DNA from: Eubacteriales bacterium
GTDB taxonomy: Bacteria > Bacillota > Clostridia > Oscillospirales > CAG-272
DNA: 64,000 bases
Reading direction: 5' to 3'
Assembly (NCBI GenBank): GCA_045643725.1
Contig: JAZRFQ010000044.1
Span: 5,136-69,135 of the forward strand
The position numbers were made by a program, and so were the translations under genes. The number at the start of each line of letters is the position of its first letter. Position 1 is the stretch's first letter. Positions 53,389 to 62,898 of the stretch are shown here, one piece after another. The notes beneath the pieces were generated by a model. The model was not told the DNA's origin, searched no databases, and saw only the letters and a program-made list of their open reading frames with translations.

Positions 53389-54419
53389 ATTTCACCTCCG
53401 CGAACGAATTTCATATATGCCTGCCAATCCTCGCGCGAGACGTAGGGAAGCCCCGATCTGCGCCTGTAGGCGAGTGCTCCGCCCACGTAACAAATCTCGC
53501 TCTCATTGGCTAAAACTTCACACGGTACGGCACTATTTGGCTTTAAAAGTCCCGAAACACCCATATTTTCATAGTATTTTGACGCCGATATCGCCGACAT
53601 CAGCTCTGCCTCGGCGCACTTTGACAGGACGTCATCTGCGTTATCGAGAAGCACTCGCCTCGGCGCGATAAGACGGAGCAGAGCATCGCCGTCAAAGGGA
53701 ATCTCGTCCTCTTTTCCCGACATTTTGTAAAAGCGCTTGCAGAAAAGGTCGGGACGACGGCATTTGAGCTCAAAGAGCTCGCCTGCTACAAGCTCGCGCT
53801 TGGCGACACCCGACGGCCCTGCCGAGCTCGAGATAACGGCGGATATTCGGCTATCGTAAGCCGCGGCCAAGAGAGCCGCCGTGCCGTAGATTCCGTGACC
53901 GACTACCGCGATGCGATTGCGGTCGATGCGGTCGACGGTATAGAGATAGTCCACCGCGCGCATAGCGCACCAAGCGAAGAGCGCAAGGCTTCCGCAGCTA
54001 TCAAGCCTGCGTCCGCTACCGCGAAGATCGCGGGCGAGTCCGTGCTTTCTCTTATTTATCTCGCCGACGATCGAATCCACGGCTATCGAAAGGACGGCAA
54101 AGCCGCCGTCGCAGATCTCCTCGGTAGGCTGATGCCGCTCGGGCATATTGAGATTACTCTTGATATGTATAAATGCGGGGCATTTTGCATTCCCCTGCGG
54201 CAGAGCGCATCGAACCGCCATTTTGTGAAATTTATCGCCCTCGAGCTCTATCTTGAGCTCGGCGTCGATGAGCTCGGCCTTGCCTGCGGCAAAGTAGCGA
54301 TCCGACACCGTCTTCTCCACGGTGAGATGCTTTGGAGCTTTCGGCATTCGGCCGTATTCATAATGCTCAAGCAGAGCCTTCAGCCTGCGAGCTTCCTGTG
54401 ATGATTTTGTGTTATTCAT
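53385..54419 (-). CDS. Alpha/beta-hydrolase-like protein (carbohydrate-esterase-like) lacking the nucleophile serine
   Basis: I chose the start at MNNTKSS (54419). The nucleophile-elbow position reads VVGHGIYGTAAL (53883-53900), where GHSxxG is expected. Confidence 0.55.
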   Translation of the reverse strand: MNNTKSSQEARRLKALLEHYEYGRMPKAPKHLTVEKTVSDRYFAAGKAELIDAELKIELEGDKFHKMAVRCALPQGNAKCPAFIHIKSNLNMPERHQPTEEICDGGFAVLSIAVDSIVGEINKRKHGLARDLRGSGRRLDSCGSLALFAWCAMRAVDYLYTVDRIDRNRIAVVGHGIYGTAALLAAAYDSRISAVISSSAGPSGVAKRELVAGELFELKCRRPDLFCKRFYKMSGKEDEIPFDGDALLRLIAPRRVLLDNADDVLSKCAEAELMSAISASKYYENMGVSGLLKPNSAVPCEVLANESEICYVGGALAYRRRSGLPYVSREDWQAYMKFVRGGEI

Positions 54420-54428
54420 AGCAGAACT

Positions 54429-54457
54429 ATTATACAATATCGTGCGTGTTTTGTCAA
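54429..54457 (-). promoter_or_regulatory. Consensus sigma-A promoter placed 9 nt from the ATG (leaderless or near-leaderless transcript)
   Basis: On the minus strand: TTGACA, 17 nt, TATAAT, agttctgct, ATG (54419). Confidence 0.5.
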
Positions 54458-54484
54458 GAAATGCGGCTTTATCCGCCCCACTAC

Positions 54485-54513
54485 TTGATTTATTCACAAA
54501 AAGGTGGTACAAT
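54485..54513 (+). promoter_or_regulatory. sigma-A promoter of the 54565 gene
   Basis: TTGATT, 17 nt, TGg-TACAAT. Confidence 0.5.
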
Positions 54514-54564
54514 GTATCTATCAAACGGCGGCAAATGGCAAAAGTGCCGCCCTCGGAGGACAAA

Positions 54565-55128
54565 ATGGCAAGCACAAGAGGCTTTGACGTAAAGCATTAT
54601 AAAAGAAAGCTCATCGCAGAGCGCATAGATACCGATCCCGTAACAAAGCGCGGTATGGCGGTCAGCCGCACAACGCTTCTCGGACTCGTTTTCCTGAGAC
54701 TCGCGTTATTCGTTTATGAGATCATATATTACAGCATTGCGAATCTCAGCTTGAACGTGATCTCCACGCTTCTGCTTATTCCGATGCTGATGATAGCCTA
54801 TATGGTCTACGACGGCAACAAGGGGATCGCCTCGGTGCTTATGATCTCTGCCGTAGTGCGCGCGATATGGCTCTTCTCCTCGGTATATCCCACGCTTCCC
54901 GAGGGCGGCGGGGCGAACGCCTATATCGGAATTTACCTTGCCGTAATGGCGTATCAGTTTGCCGTAACTCTGCTTATGACGGCATATGGGCCATGCATTA
55001 CCTACTTCAGCACGATGCAGGTGATAAATATGGAGGTAGCCTCGGCTTTGCGCGGTGGCTCTGCACCCTCAAGCAGCGCGAATTCCGCAAAATCGCACGG
55101 CTCATCCAAAAAGAAAAGGCATAAGTAA
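54565..55128 (+). CDS. Membrane protein of unknown function
   Basis: I chose the start at MASTRGF (GGAGG 5 nt upstream); the ORF-track start is 54409. About 4 TM segments and a basic C-terminal tail. Confidence 0.55.
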   Translation: MASTRGFDVKHYKRKLIAERIDTDPVTKRGMAVSRTTLLGLVFLRLALFVYEIIYYSIANLSLNVISTLLLIPMLMIAYMVYDGNKGIASVLMISAVVRAIWLFSSVYPTLPEGGGANAYIGIYLAVMAYQFAVTLLMTAYGPCITYFSTMQVINMEVASALRGGSAPSSSANSAKSHGSSKKKRHK

Positions 55129-55132
55129 ATCA

Positions 55133-55161
55133 AAAAGCTCTGCTCCGACAGAGCTTTTTTC
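55133..55161 (+). terminator. rho-independent terminator
   Basis: aaagctctg-ctccga-cagagcttt plus tttt. Confidence 0.75.
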
Positions 55162-55236
55162 GCGTCTTTTTGTATAAAAGTGCAACTTTTGCGCCATAAA
55201 TTGCAATAATAGTATAAAAAAATACAAGTGCACTTA

Positions 55237-55265
55237 TTGACTGCGCATCTTTTATATGATAAAAT
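55237..55265 (+). promoter_or_regulatory. sigma-A promoter of uxuA
   Basis: TTGACT, 17 nt, TAAAAT. Confidence 0.55.
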
Positions 55266-55295
55266 AAAGAAAAAACCTAAAGGAGTATATTTCAG

Positions 55296-56342
55296 ATGAA
55301 AATGTCATTCAGATGGTACGGCGAGTCCGACCCTGTAACCCTTGAGAACATCAGACAGATCCCCGGTATGCATTCGGTGGTCAGCGCAATATACGACGTT
55401 AAGCCCGGCGAGGTATGGCCGGAGGAGAGCCTTGCAAAGATGAAGGCCGACTGCGAGGCAAACGGCCTCGTCTTCGACGTTGTCGAGTCTATTCCCGTTT
55501 CCGAGGACATCAAGCTCGGCCGCGGTGACGTAGACAGACTCATCGAGGTATACTGCGAGAACATCCGCCGCTGTGCAAAGTACGGCGTAAAGTGCGTTAC
55601 CTACAACTTCATGCCCGTTTTCGACTGGACAAGAACCCAGCTTGATAAGCTCGCAGAGGACGGCTCGACCTCCCTCGTTATGTATTGGGATCAGATGAGA
55701 GGCCTCGATCCTCTCAAGGACGATATTCACCTTCCCGGTTGGGATTCGAGCTACACCCAGGATGAGGTAAGAGAGCTTATCTCGGCATACGGCGAGCTTG
55801 GCGAGGAGGGCCTCTGGCGCAACCTTGAGAACTTCCTTAAGAAGGTTATTCCCGTAGCAGAGGAGTGCGGCGTCAGAATGGCTATTCACCCCGATGATCC
55901 GCCCTATCCCATCTTCGGTATTCCCCGTATCATCACCTGTGAGGCAAATCTCGACAGATTCCTCGCTCTTGTTGATAGCCCTGCTAACAGTCTTTGCCTT
56001 TGCACCGGCTCGCTCGGCTGCTCGGCAGATAACGATATGGTCAAGCTCACCGCAAAGTATGCGAAGATGGACAGAACCGCCTTCGTTCACATGAGAAACG
56101 TGCTTATTCTCGAGGACGGTAGCTTCGAGGAGTCGGGCCACCTCTCGAACAAGGGCTCGCTCGATATGTACGCTATCACCAAGGCTCTCGTTGACGCAGG
56201 CTTTGACGGCTACGTCCGTCCCGACCACGGCAGAATGATCTGGGGCGAGGTTGGCAAGCCCGGCTACGGTCTCTATGACAGAGCTCTCGGCGCGACCTAC
56301 CTCAACGGTCTTTTCGAGGCTTGCGAGAAGGCGGGCAAGTAA
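55296..56342 (+). CDS. uxuA: Mannonate dehydratase
   Basis: MKMSFRWYGESDPVTLENIRQIPG.. and ..VVESIPVSEDIKLG.. closely parallel enterobacterial UxuA; 348 aa. Confidence 0.85.
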   Translation: MKMSFRWYGESDPVTLENIRQIPGMHSVVSAIYDVKPGEVWPEESLAKMKADCEANGLVFDVVESIPVSEDIKLGRGDVDRLIEVYCENIRRCAKYGVKCVTYNFMPVFDWTRTQLDKLAEDGSTSLVMYWDQMRGLDPLKDDIHLPGWDSSYTQDEVRELISAYGELGEEGLWRNLENFLKKVIPVAEECGVRMAIHPDDPPYPIFGIPRIITCEANLDRFLALVDSPANSLCLCTGSLGCSADNDMVKLTAKYAKMDRTAFVHMRNVLILEDGSFEESGHLSNKGSLDMYAITKALVDAGFDGYVRPDHGRMIWGEVGKPGYGLYDRALGATYLNGLFEACEKAGK

Positions 56343-56348
56343 TCCCGA

Positions 56349-57326
56349 ATGAACATCGGTAAAACCGAGCTGAAATCTGGACTGATTCTTGCCCCGATGG
56401 CAGGCTTTTCGGACAGGGCGATGCGCCTTGTCTGCCGAAAATACGGCGCAGAGTACACCGTCACCGAGATGGTCAGCGCCAAGGCCGTGACCTTTGGGGA
56501 TAAGAAGACCTCGCAGATCGCAAGGATCGGCGAGGACGAGGGCCCCGTTGCCCTCCAGCTCTTCGGTAGCGAGCCCGACGTTATGGCAAAGGCCACAGAG
56601 ATGATGGCTGGCGGCGTCGCAGGCTTCGTGCCACCCGTGGCTATAGACATAAATATGGGTTGCCCGGTGAATAAAATATTCTCGAACGGCGAGGGATCGG
56701 CTCTGATGCGTGATCCTGAGCTGATATACAGAATAGTCAAGGCCACCGTCGGTGCGACAGATCTGCCTGTCACGGTCAAGCTGCGCGCAGGCATCGACCG
56801 CGAGCATATAAACGCCGTTGAATGTGCGCACGCGGCGGAGTCCGGCGGAGCTGTCGCCATTGCTTTGCACGGTAGAACGCGCGCCGAGCTGTATTCGGGG
56901 AGAGCTAACCGCGAGATCATCGCAGATGTAAAGAAGACTTTACATATACCACTTATCGCCAACGGTGATATCACCTCGGGTGAGGAAGCGCTTGATATGC
57001 TTCGTGTCACAAGCGCCGATGCTCTTATGATAGGCCGCGGTGCTATCGGCAATCCCTTTCTCTTTGCCGAGATCAGAGCCGCCCTCGCAGGCGAGCCCTA
57101 CACACCGCCTACCGTCGAGGAGCGCGTTGATTGCGCTCTTACCGAGCTTCGCTACGCTATCGCCGACAAGGGCGAGAGGGTGGCCATTCCCGAGGCGAGA
57201 GGCCGCATAGCTCTGTACATCAGATCCTTCCGCGGCGCGGCGCAGATCCGCGCGCGAGTCAACCGCGCTCTCACCTATGACGAGGTCGCATCGGCGCTGT
57301 CGCTTGCTCTTTCGGACGGTGATTGA
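56349..57326 (+). CDS. dusB: tRNA-dihydrouridine synthase
   Basis: ..LAPMAGFSDRAMRLVCRKYGAEYTVTEMVSAKA.., ..DINMGCP.., ..VTVKLRAG.., ..IALHGRTR..; 325 aa. Confidence 0.85.
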   Translation: MNIGKTELKSGLILAPMAGFSDRAMRLVCRKYGAEYTVTEMVSAKAVTFGDKKTSQIARIGEDEGPVALQLFGSEPDVMAKATEMMAGGVAGFVPPVAIDINMGCPVNKIFSNGEGSALMRDPELIYRIVKATVGATDLPVTVKLRAGIDREHINAVECAHAAESGGAVAIALHGRTRAELYSGRANREIIADVKKTLHIPLIANGDITSGEEALDMLRVTSADALMIGRGAIGNPFLFAEIRAALAGEPYTPPTVEERVDCALTELRYAIADKGERVAIPEARGRIALYIRSFRGAAQIRARVNRALTYDEVASALSLALSDGD

Positions 57327-57343
57327 TTTTAAATCAAAATAAA

Positions 57344-57378
57344 TACAAAAAGCGAGCCGAGTGCGGCTCGCTTTCTTA
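57344..57378. terminator. Bidirectional terminator
   Basis: aagcgagccg-agtg-cggctcgctt flanked by A- and T-rich runs. Confidence 0.7.
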
Positions 57379-57382
57379 ATTC

Positions 57383-57655
57383 TTATGCTTCGTTTTCGCT
57401 AGTTATTTCTTTTGCGTTTCCTACGTTCTTGTTGGGAAGTGCAATAACGTACAGATATCCTACGAGTCCGAGCCAGAAGCACATATGGAAGGCTTTAAGC
57501 TCTTTTCCGTATCCCTTGTCAAAAACGATTTTCTCAAATTTCTTGGCAATGGTATAGTTTAAGAATATGAGTGCCGCGAGTATTACGAAGTATAATAATC
57601 CCATAACCGCGGTTACGATGCCGATAAGGCTGCCAAGTGGTGAAGCTACGCCCAT
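57383..57655 (-). CDS. Small two-TM membrane protein
   Basis: I chose the start at MGVASPLG with a GGAGG RBS; the ORF-track start is 57697. Confidence 0.5.
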   Translation of the reverse strand: MGVASPLGSLIGIVTAVMGLLYFVILAALIFLNYTIAKKFEKIVFDKGYGKELKAFHMCFWLGLVGYLYVIALPNKNVGNAKEITSENEA

Positions 57656-57820
57656 TTTTTTACCTCCTGAAAAAGTGTGCCAAAACCGCAGATGCATTAA
57701 AATCGCACTTCGATTTATAGCTAAAATATTTATGGATAATTCCTATCCACAATTATATTATATCACAAATCAAGATGTTTGTAAATACCTATTGAGGAAA
57801 TTTAAATTTTCGTGAATCTA

Positions 57821-57849
57821 TTTACAAAATTCGTAAAATATGCTACAAT
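57821..57849 (+). promoter_or_regulatory. sigma-A promoter of the SDR-flavin reductase-HTH operon
   Basis: TTTACA, 17 nt, TGc-TACAAT. Confidence 0.55.
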
Positions 57850-57883
57850 GTGAGTGTAAATGAAAACCAAAAGGAGAAAACCT

Positions 57884-58678
57884 ATGTCTATTGCAATCAT
57901 CACCGGCGCATCGAGCGGTATCGGCTCGGAGTTCGCCCGTCAGCTCAAGGCTATGGCAGGAATCGATGAATTCTGGTTCATCGCACGCCGCGCCGACAGA
58001 ATGGAGGCGCTTCGCGACGAGCTCGGAGTTAAGGCGAAGATCATCACCGCAGATCTCTCTGTGCCCGAGGGCATCGAGGTCGTGCGATCGGCACTCAAGG
58101 AAGAAAACCCAAAGGTTAAGTTCCTCGTCAACGCCGCAGGATTCGGCAATTTCGGCTCCTTTGAGCAGATTCCCGAGGAAGAGATCGTCAAGATGATCGA
58201 CCTCAATGATAAGGCGCTCGTCCTCATCACACATATGACGATTCCCTATATGGAGCGCGGCGGCAGAATCATCGAGCTCGGTAGCGGCTCCTGCTTCACC
58301 CCTCTTCCCAATTTCAACGTCTACGCCTCGTCTAAGATCTTCGTGCTTCATTACACAAAGGCGCTTAACTACGAGATCAAGAAATACGGCCTGCGTGCCA
58401 CCTGCTTCTGTCCCGGTTGGGTAGAGACCGAGTTCCTCGGCAAAGCGACCGCACGTCCCACCGTCACTATGCCAAAGCAGATGAAGCCCCTGCTCAAGTG
58501 CGAGGACGTCGTCAAGCGTTGCGTCAAGGCGTCGATAAAGGGCAAGACTATGTGCGTCACCAACTGGTACACCAAGCTTCAGCATATGCTCTTCAAGACC
58601 GTGCCCGATAATCTGCTTACCAACACCTGGATGGGTATGCAGAAGGAGCCGGAGGTAGAGAATAATGGCGAGAATTGA
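57884..58678 (+). CDS. SDR-family oxidoreductase
   Basis: I chose the start at MSIAIITGASSGIG (GGAG RBS). Catalytic YASSK (YxxxK). Confidence 0.85.
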   Translation: MSIAIITGASSGIGSEFARQLKAMAGIDEFWFIARRADRMEALRDELGVKAKIITADLSVPEGIEVVRSALKEENPKVKFLVNAAGFGNFGSFEQIPEEEIVKMIDLNDKALVLITHMTIPYMERGGRIIELGSGSCFTPLPNFNVYASSKIFVLHYTKALNYEIKKYGLRATCFCPGWVETEFLGKATARPTVTMPKQMKPLLKCEDVVKRCVKASIKGKTMCVTNWYTKLQHMLFKTVPDNLLTNTWMGMQKEPEVENNGEN

Positions 58679-59312
58679 CCTCAAGCCCGGCGCGCTCACC
58701 GCGCCCCTCCCACCTGTGCTTGCCACGGTCAAGTCGGGCGGAGTTTCCAACATCATCACAATCGGCTGGACGGGAATTCTGGCAACCAATCCGCCGAAGA
58801 CCTATATCTCGGTTCGTCCCAATCGCCATTCCTATGAGATGCTCAAGGAGAGCCGCGAGTTCGTTATCAATCTTCCTCCCACAGCACTCGCTCCCGCGGT
58901 GGATTACTGCGGAATCTACACCGGCGCGAAGGTCAATAAGTTCGAAAAGTGCGCCCTGACCGAGAAGGAGAGCCACGAGGTCGCAGCACCCACTATCGCC
59001 GAGTGCCCCATCGCCCTTGAGTGCCGCGTGACCGACATTCTGCCTATGGGCACGCACGACGTATTTATGGCAGACATCGTTTCAGTGTCGGTTGACGAGT
59101 CGATAATCGATAAAAACGGCAAGATCCGCTACGATAAGGCAGACCTGCTCGCATACGTTCACGGCGAGTATTTTCGCCTCGGTGAGAAGGTCGGAAAGTT
59201 CGGTTTTTCCACCGATAAAGGCAGAGACCCCCGTACCCGTGTAGAGAAAAAGCCTGCTCCGTGTAAAAAAACAGCACCTAAAAAGCCCTACAAGGGAGGT
59301 CGTAAGAAATGA
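58665..59312 (+). CDS. Flavin reductase-like (FMN-binding split-barrel) protein with a Lys-rich tail
   Basis: ..NIITIGWTGILATNPPKTYISVRPNRHSYEMLKESREFVINL.. is typical of the family. It overlaps the SDR stop by 14 nt. Confidence 0.75.
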   Translation: MARIDLKPGALTAPLPPVLATVKSGGVSNIITIGWTGILATNPPKTYISVRPNRHSYEMLKESREFVINLPPTALAPAVDYCGIYTGAKVNKFEKCALTEKESHEVAAPTIAECPIALECRVTDILPMGTHDVFMADIVSVSVDESIIDKNGKIRYDKADLLAYVHGEYFRLGEKVGKFGFSTDKGRDPRTRVEKKPAPCKKTAPKKPYKGGRKK

Positions 59313-59719
59313 AGAACGCCAACACAGAGGGCATCCGTGCGCGAGTCCTTTCCTTGATTGAGGCGGGCTTCGAGAGCGACGCCGCGTTCGAGCGCGCGAT
59401 GGAGCTGCCCGGCAAGACGGTCAATAACTGGCGCCGCGGACTTTCGTCATCCTTTATGAAGATGCTCCCGAGGCTCTCCGAGGAGTTTGGCGTCAACGTC
59501 GGCGAGATACTCGATATCCCGCTTCGTCACGATACCTCAGAGCTCTCGGATGAGGAGCTGCATATTCTTCATCTCTATCGCAAGACGAGGACGATGCCTC
59601 AGCCGATGCGCGCCGCCCTGCGCGAGACCATCGAGACCACCATCAATATGTATATGAGCTCCTACCACTCGGTCAAGGCAAAGCGAAGCGCAAAGACCAA
59701 GGCCGAGCAGACAAAGTGA
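59309..59719 (+). CDS. Small HTH-domain protein (XRE-like)
   Basis: 136 aa; ..FERAMELPGKTVNNWRRG.. HTH-like segment; ATGA overlap with the upstream gene. Confidence 0.5.
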   Translation: MKNANTEGIRARVLSLIEAGFESDAAFERAMELPGKTVNNWRRGLSSSFMKMLPRLSEEFGVNVGEILDIPLRHDTSELSDEELHILHLYRKTRTMPQPMRAALRETIETTINMYMSSYHSVKAKRSAKTKAEQTK

Positions 59720-59727
59720 AAAAGCAA

Positions 59728-59757
59728 AAGCGACCGATCTTTCGGTCGCTTTTTTTG
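59728..59757 (+). terminator. rho-independent terminator
   Basis: gcgaccga-tctt-tcggtcgc plus ttttttt. Confidence 0.8.
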
Positions 59758-59774
59758 TAAAGTATAGTTTGCAT

Positions 59775-60605
59775 TTATCTGTTTTTAACCGCGAGCTGCC
59801 AGAAGGCTACAGCACCTGCCGCCGCCACGTTGAGCGAGTCAACGCCGTGCGACATCGGTATCTTTACGGTGTAGTCGCAGGATGCGATTGTGCTCTTCGA
59901 GAGACCGTCGCCCTCGGTGCCGAGGACGATTGCGAGCTTCTCCTCGCTCATGAGAGCCGCATCGTCGATGGATACCGACTCGTCGGTCAGAGCCATAGCC
60001 GCCGTTTTGAATCCGAGACCGCGAAGCACCTCGATGTCATGAGGCCAGTCGGCAGGGACCTCTCCGATACGTCCCCACGGCACCTGGAATATCGTTCCCA
60101 TACTGACACGCACGGCGCGTCTGCACAGGGGATCACAGCAGGTCGGGGTGATGAGCACGGCGTCGATTCCGAGTGCCGCCGCAGAGCGGAAGAGTGCGCC
60201 TATATTGGTAGAGTCCGCGATGTTCTCAAGCACCGCAACGCGTCTCGCTCCTGCGAGAAGCTCCTCTACGCTCTTCATCTTAGGGCGGCGCATAGCGCAC
60301 AGAGCGCCGCGCGTCAGCTCAAATCCCGTCAGCTTCGTCAGGACCTCGCGCTCGGCTACGTAGACCGGCATATCGGGGCAACGCTCGATTATTCCGCGCA
60401 CCGCACCGTTGAGCAGACGCTCGTCGGTAAGAAGCGAGATCGGCTCGCATCCCGAGTTCAGCGCCACCTCGATCACGGTGGGGCTCTCGGCTATGAACAC
60501 GCCCTTGTCGGGCTCAAGCTTGTTACGCAGCTGTGCTCCCGTGAGTCTGACGAACACGTCAAGCTCGGGCGCATCGAAATTATCTATTTTAATAAAGCTC
60601 GACAT
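59775..60605 (-). CDS. TrmH/SpoU-family RNA 2'-O-methyltransferase
   Basis: ..VLENIADSTNIGALFRSAAALGIDAVL.., ..LGTEGDGLS.., ..IPM..GVDSLNVAAA.. Confidence 0.85.
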   Translation of the reverse strand: MSSFIKIDNFDAPELDVFVRLTGAQLRNKLEPDKGVFIAESPTVIEVALNSGCEPISLLTDERLLNGAVRGIIERCPDMPVYVAEREVLTKLTGFELTRGALCAMRRPKMKSVEELLAGARRVAVLENIADSTNIGALFRSAAALGIDAVLITPTCCDPLCRRAVRVSMGTIFQVPWGRIGEVPADWPHDIEVLRGLGFKTAAMALTDESVSIDDAALMSEEKLAIVLGTEGDGLSKSTIASCDYTVKIPMSHGVDSLNVAAAGAVAFWQLAVKNR

Positions 60606-60654
60606 TCTGTTCGTCTTCCTTCAAAAGCTTCTGAATTTAGGTTACCTCGGCAGA

Positions 60655-61947
60655 TCAGCTATCAGCTGTCTCGTCCTTTTTCTGCTCCTTGAGGATCTTG
60701 TAGATCTCCTCTACCGCGAGCTTGACCTTGCCGACCACCTCTTTTTGCTCGGTCGGGAATGCGTAATAGAGCGCGCGACTGTTACCCATACCGATAACGT
60801 CGTCTATCTGATACCAGTAGGGAATAGCCTCGCAGGTATACATCGATCTCGAGCTCTGACGGTAGTCGAGCTTGCCGTCACATCCCGTGAGATGGAAGCC
60901 CTCCTCCATATTGTGAGAGAGGCGGCCGGTGCCAACCTTGTATAGAGCCTTCGTGTCTACTATCATCATGATCTCGCAAGGAACGTCAAAGCCATAGCTG
61001 CCATCGAGAATTTCGCGGCGTACGCACTCGCGCTCCCACTTGTACCAATCGGGAACGTGGTCAAAGTAGGTCTCGCCCTCGAGCGCCTTGAGATATCCGA
61101 GCTCGGTCAGCTCCCACTTCTTGCCGCACTCGGTGCAGGTGAGGTAGATACCGCTCGATTCCATCTTGCCCTCCTTCTGACAGTGGGGGCATTTGTAGAG
61201 TATCGTGTGGAGACCGTCGGCGCGGAAGGGCTCGTCAAGGACGATCTTGTTCTCCTGCTGCCAGCGGAAGTTATCGAAGGAGAACTCGCGGTCGAGCACC
61301 TTCTGTATTTCTTCTACGCTCATCTCCTTTATTTCATCAGGAGAGAGAACGTAGCGAAGCTCTGCGTGCATGGGAACGTCGCGGTTCTCAACGTAGCCGT
61401 ATGCAGGGACGTGGAGATAAACGCCGTCCGTCTTCAGCATGCAGAGAGGCGCGCCGAGCATTTTTACGAACGGCGCGAGAGTGTTCGGGATAGTAACGCA
61501 GGTTCCGTCGAGCGTATAAACCGCCTCGGGGAACATCAGCACCGAGCTCTTGTTCTCAACGAGACAGTGCTTTATGTCGCGGATAAGCTTGAGATCGGTG
61601 ATATATTTTCTCGTCGCGAAGCAACCGATAGGCTTCATTATCCAATCAAGTCCCATAAAGGTCTCGAACGCGGCGACGGTGTTGAATTTTCTGGGGTAGA
61701 GCATGGAGTATGCGATCTCAAAGTCGGTGAACGCCGAGTGATTCATAAGGATCAGTGCAGGCTCGTCCTTACCGAGCCTTTCCATACCGACCTCGCTGTG
61801 TGTGAAGCGAGAGGGTGCAAGAGCGATCTTCGAGATAAGCATAGTCAAAGTCTGCCAGAAGATGTTGGTCTTCATCGGCTTGCCCTGCTTCTGCGGGGTG
61901 ATCGCCATTACCTCGTCGTAGCTCTTAACGAGCGTTTTAATCTTCAT
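60655..61947 (-). CDS. PlsC-family acyltransferase-like protein with zinc-ribbon region (paralog of 49442..50635)
   Basis: 430 aa; HX4D motif NHSAFTD; YKCPHCQKEG..LTCTECGKKW. Confidence 0.7.
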   Translation of the reverse strand: MKIKTLVKSYDEVMAITPQKQGKPMKTNIFWQTLTMLISKIALAPSRFTHSEVGMERLGKDEPALILMNHSAFTDFEIAYSMLYPRKFNTVAAFETFMGLDWIMKPIGCFATRKYITDLKLIRDIKHCLVENKSSVLMFPEAVYTLDGTCVTIPNTLAPFVKMLGAPLCMLKTDGVYLHVPAYGYVENRDVPMHAELRYVLSPDEIKEMSVEEIQKVLDREFSFDNFRWQQENKIVLDEPFRADGLHTILYKCPHCQKEGKMESSGIYLTCTECGKKWELTELGYLKALEGETYFDHVPDWYKWERECVRREILDGSYGFDVPCEIMMIVDTKALYKVGTGRLSHNMEEGFHLTGCDGKLDYRQSSRSMYTCEAIPYWYQIDDVIGMGNSRALYYAFPTEQKEVVGKVKLAVEEIYKILKEQKKDETADS

Positions 61948-61991
61948 ACTTGTTCCTTCCTTTATAAATAAGAATGGAGTCTATCTAACAC

Positions 61992-62020
61992 AGTATATCA
62001 TTTTTTCTCGGTTTTTGCAA
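61992..62020 (-). promoter_or_regulatory. sigma-A promoter of the 61947 gene
   Basis: On the minus strand: TTGCAA, 17 nt, TGa-TATACT. Confidence 0.5.
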
Positions 62021-62145
62021 GGATTTTTTAACATATTATTAATAAATTTTGGTAAAATTATGAAATCACCCCAAAAAAGCTCTTTTGCGGTTATACCGCA
62101 GAGCACGGCATCGACCTGCGAAAAGTCGGTAATTTCCGTAAAAAC

Positions 62146-62174
62146 TTGCTTTTTTGCGTAATCTGTGCTATAAT
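62146..62174 (+). promoter_or_regulatory. sigma-A promoter of the SLOG gene
   Basis: TTGCTT, 17 nt, TGc-TATAAT. Confidence 0.5.
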
Positions 62175-62204
62175 TCTTTTAAATTCACAGAAAAGAGTAT
62201 CTCT

Positions 62205-62756
62205 ATGGCAAGAGTCGCATTCACAGGCTACCGTCCCGAGAAGCTCCCCTTCAGGGAGAGCGAGTCCGACGCCGCCTACCTCCGCTTCAGAAAAACTCTA
62301 TACAAGGTCATTCGCCGTATGGCAGAGCTCGGCTATACCGATTTCGTCTCGGGAGTCGCTATGGGCTTCGATACCTGGGTCGCCGAGGACGTTCTGCGCT
62401 TGAAGGCCGAGCGCCGTGACGTGCGCCTTGAGTGCGCGATCCCGTTTCCTACCCAGGCGGACAGATGGCGCGAGCGCGATAAGTTCAGGCGCGACCGCAT
62501 ACTTGCCGCGGCAGACAGCGTCGTGACGCTCTCTCCCGAATATACGAAGACCGCCTTTTTCATCCGCAATCGCTATATGGTCGACAGCGCCGACGCTATA
62601 GTCTGCTGCTACGACGGTAAGACGGGCGGAACGGCGTACACGATCGACTACGCGAAGAAGCAGGGGAAGGTTATCATTCAGATAAATCCGACCGATATGG
62701 TCGTCACTATCGTCTCCGGCAAGGAGAGGATCGCGGAAAATCAAAAGACAACATAA
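62205..62756 (+). CDS. SLOG-family protein (DUF1273 / YpsA-like)
   Basis: I chose the start at MARVAFTGYRPEKLPF; ..GVAMGFDTW.. and ..GGTAYT.. resemble YpsA/DUF1273. Confidence 0.65.
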   Translation: MARVAFTGYRPEKLPFRESESDAAYLRFRKTLYKVIRRMAELGYTDFVSGVAMGFDTWVAEDVLRLKAERRDVRLECAIPFPTQADRWRERDKFRRDRILAAADSVVTLSPEYTKTAFFIRNRYMVDSADAIVCCYDGKTGGTAYTIDYAKKQGKVIIQINPTDMVVTIVSGKERIAENQKTT

Positions 62757-62760
62757 ATCA

Positions 62761-62796
62761 AGCCTCGCCCGACGTGAAAGGGTGGGGCTTTTTTCT
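62761..62796 (+). terminator. rho-independent terminator
   Basis: agcctcgccc-gacgtgaaa-gggtggggct plus tttttt. Confidence 0.7.
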
Positions 62797-62835
62797 TCCT
62801 AATAGTATAATATCCCTCGCCGCGCATTTTCGTAC

Positions 62836-62864
62836 TTGCAAAGAGAGCGTCGGTGTGGTAAAAT
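62836..62864 (+). promoter_or_regulatory. sigma-A promoter of nrdG
   Basis: TTGCAA, 17 nt, TGg-TAAAAT. Confidence 0.5.
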
Positions 62865-62898
62865 ATATACGCCAGTGATTTGATAAGGAGATTTTCTT

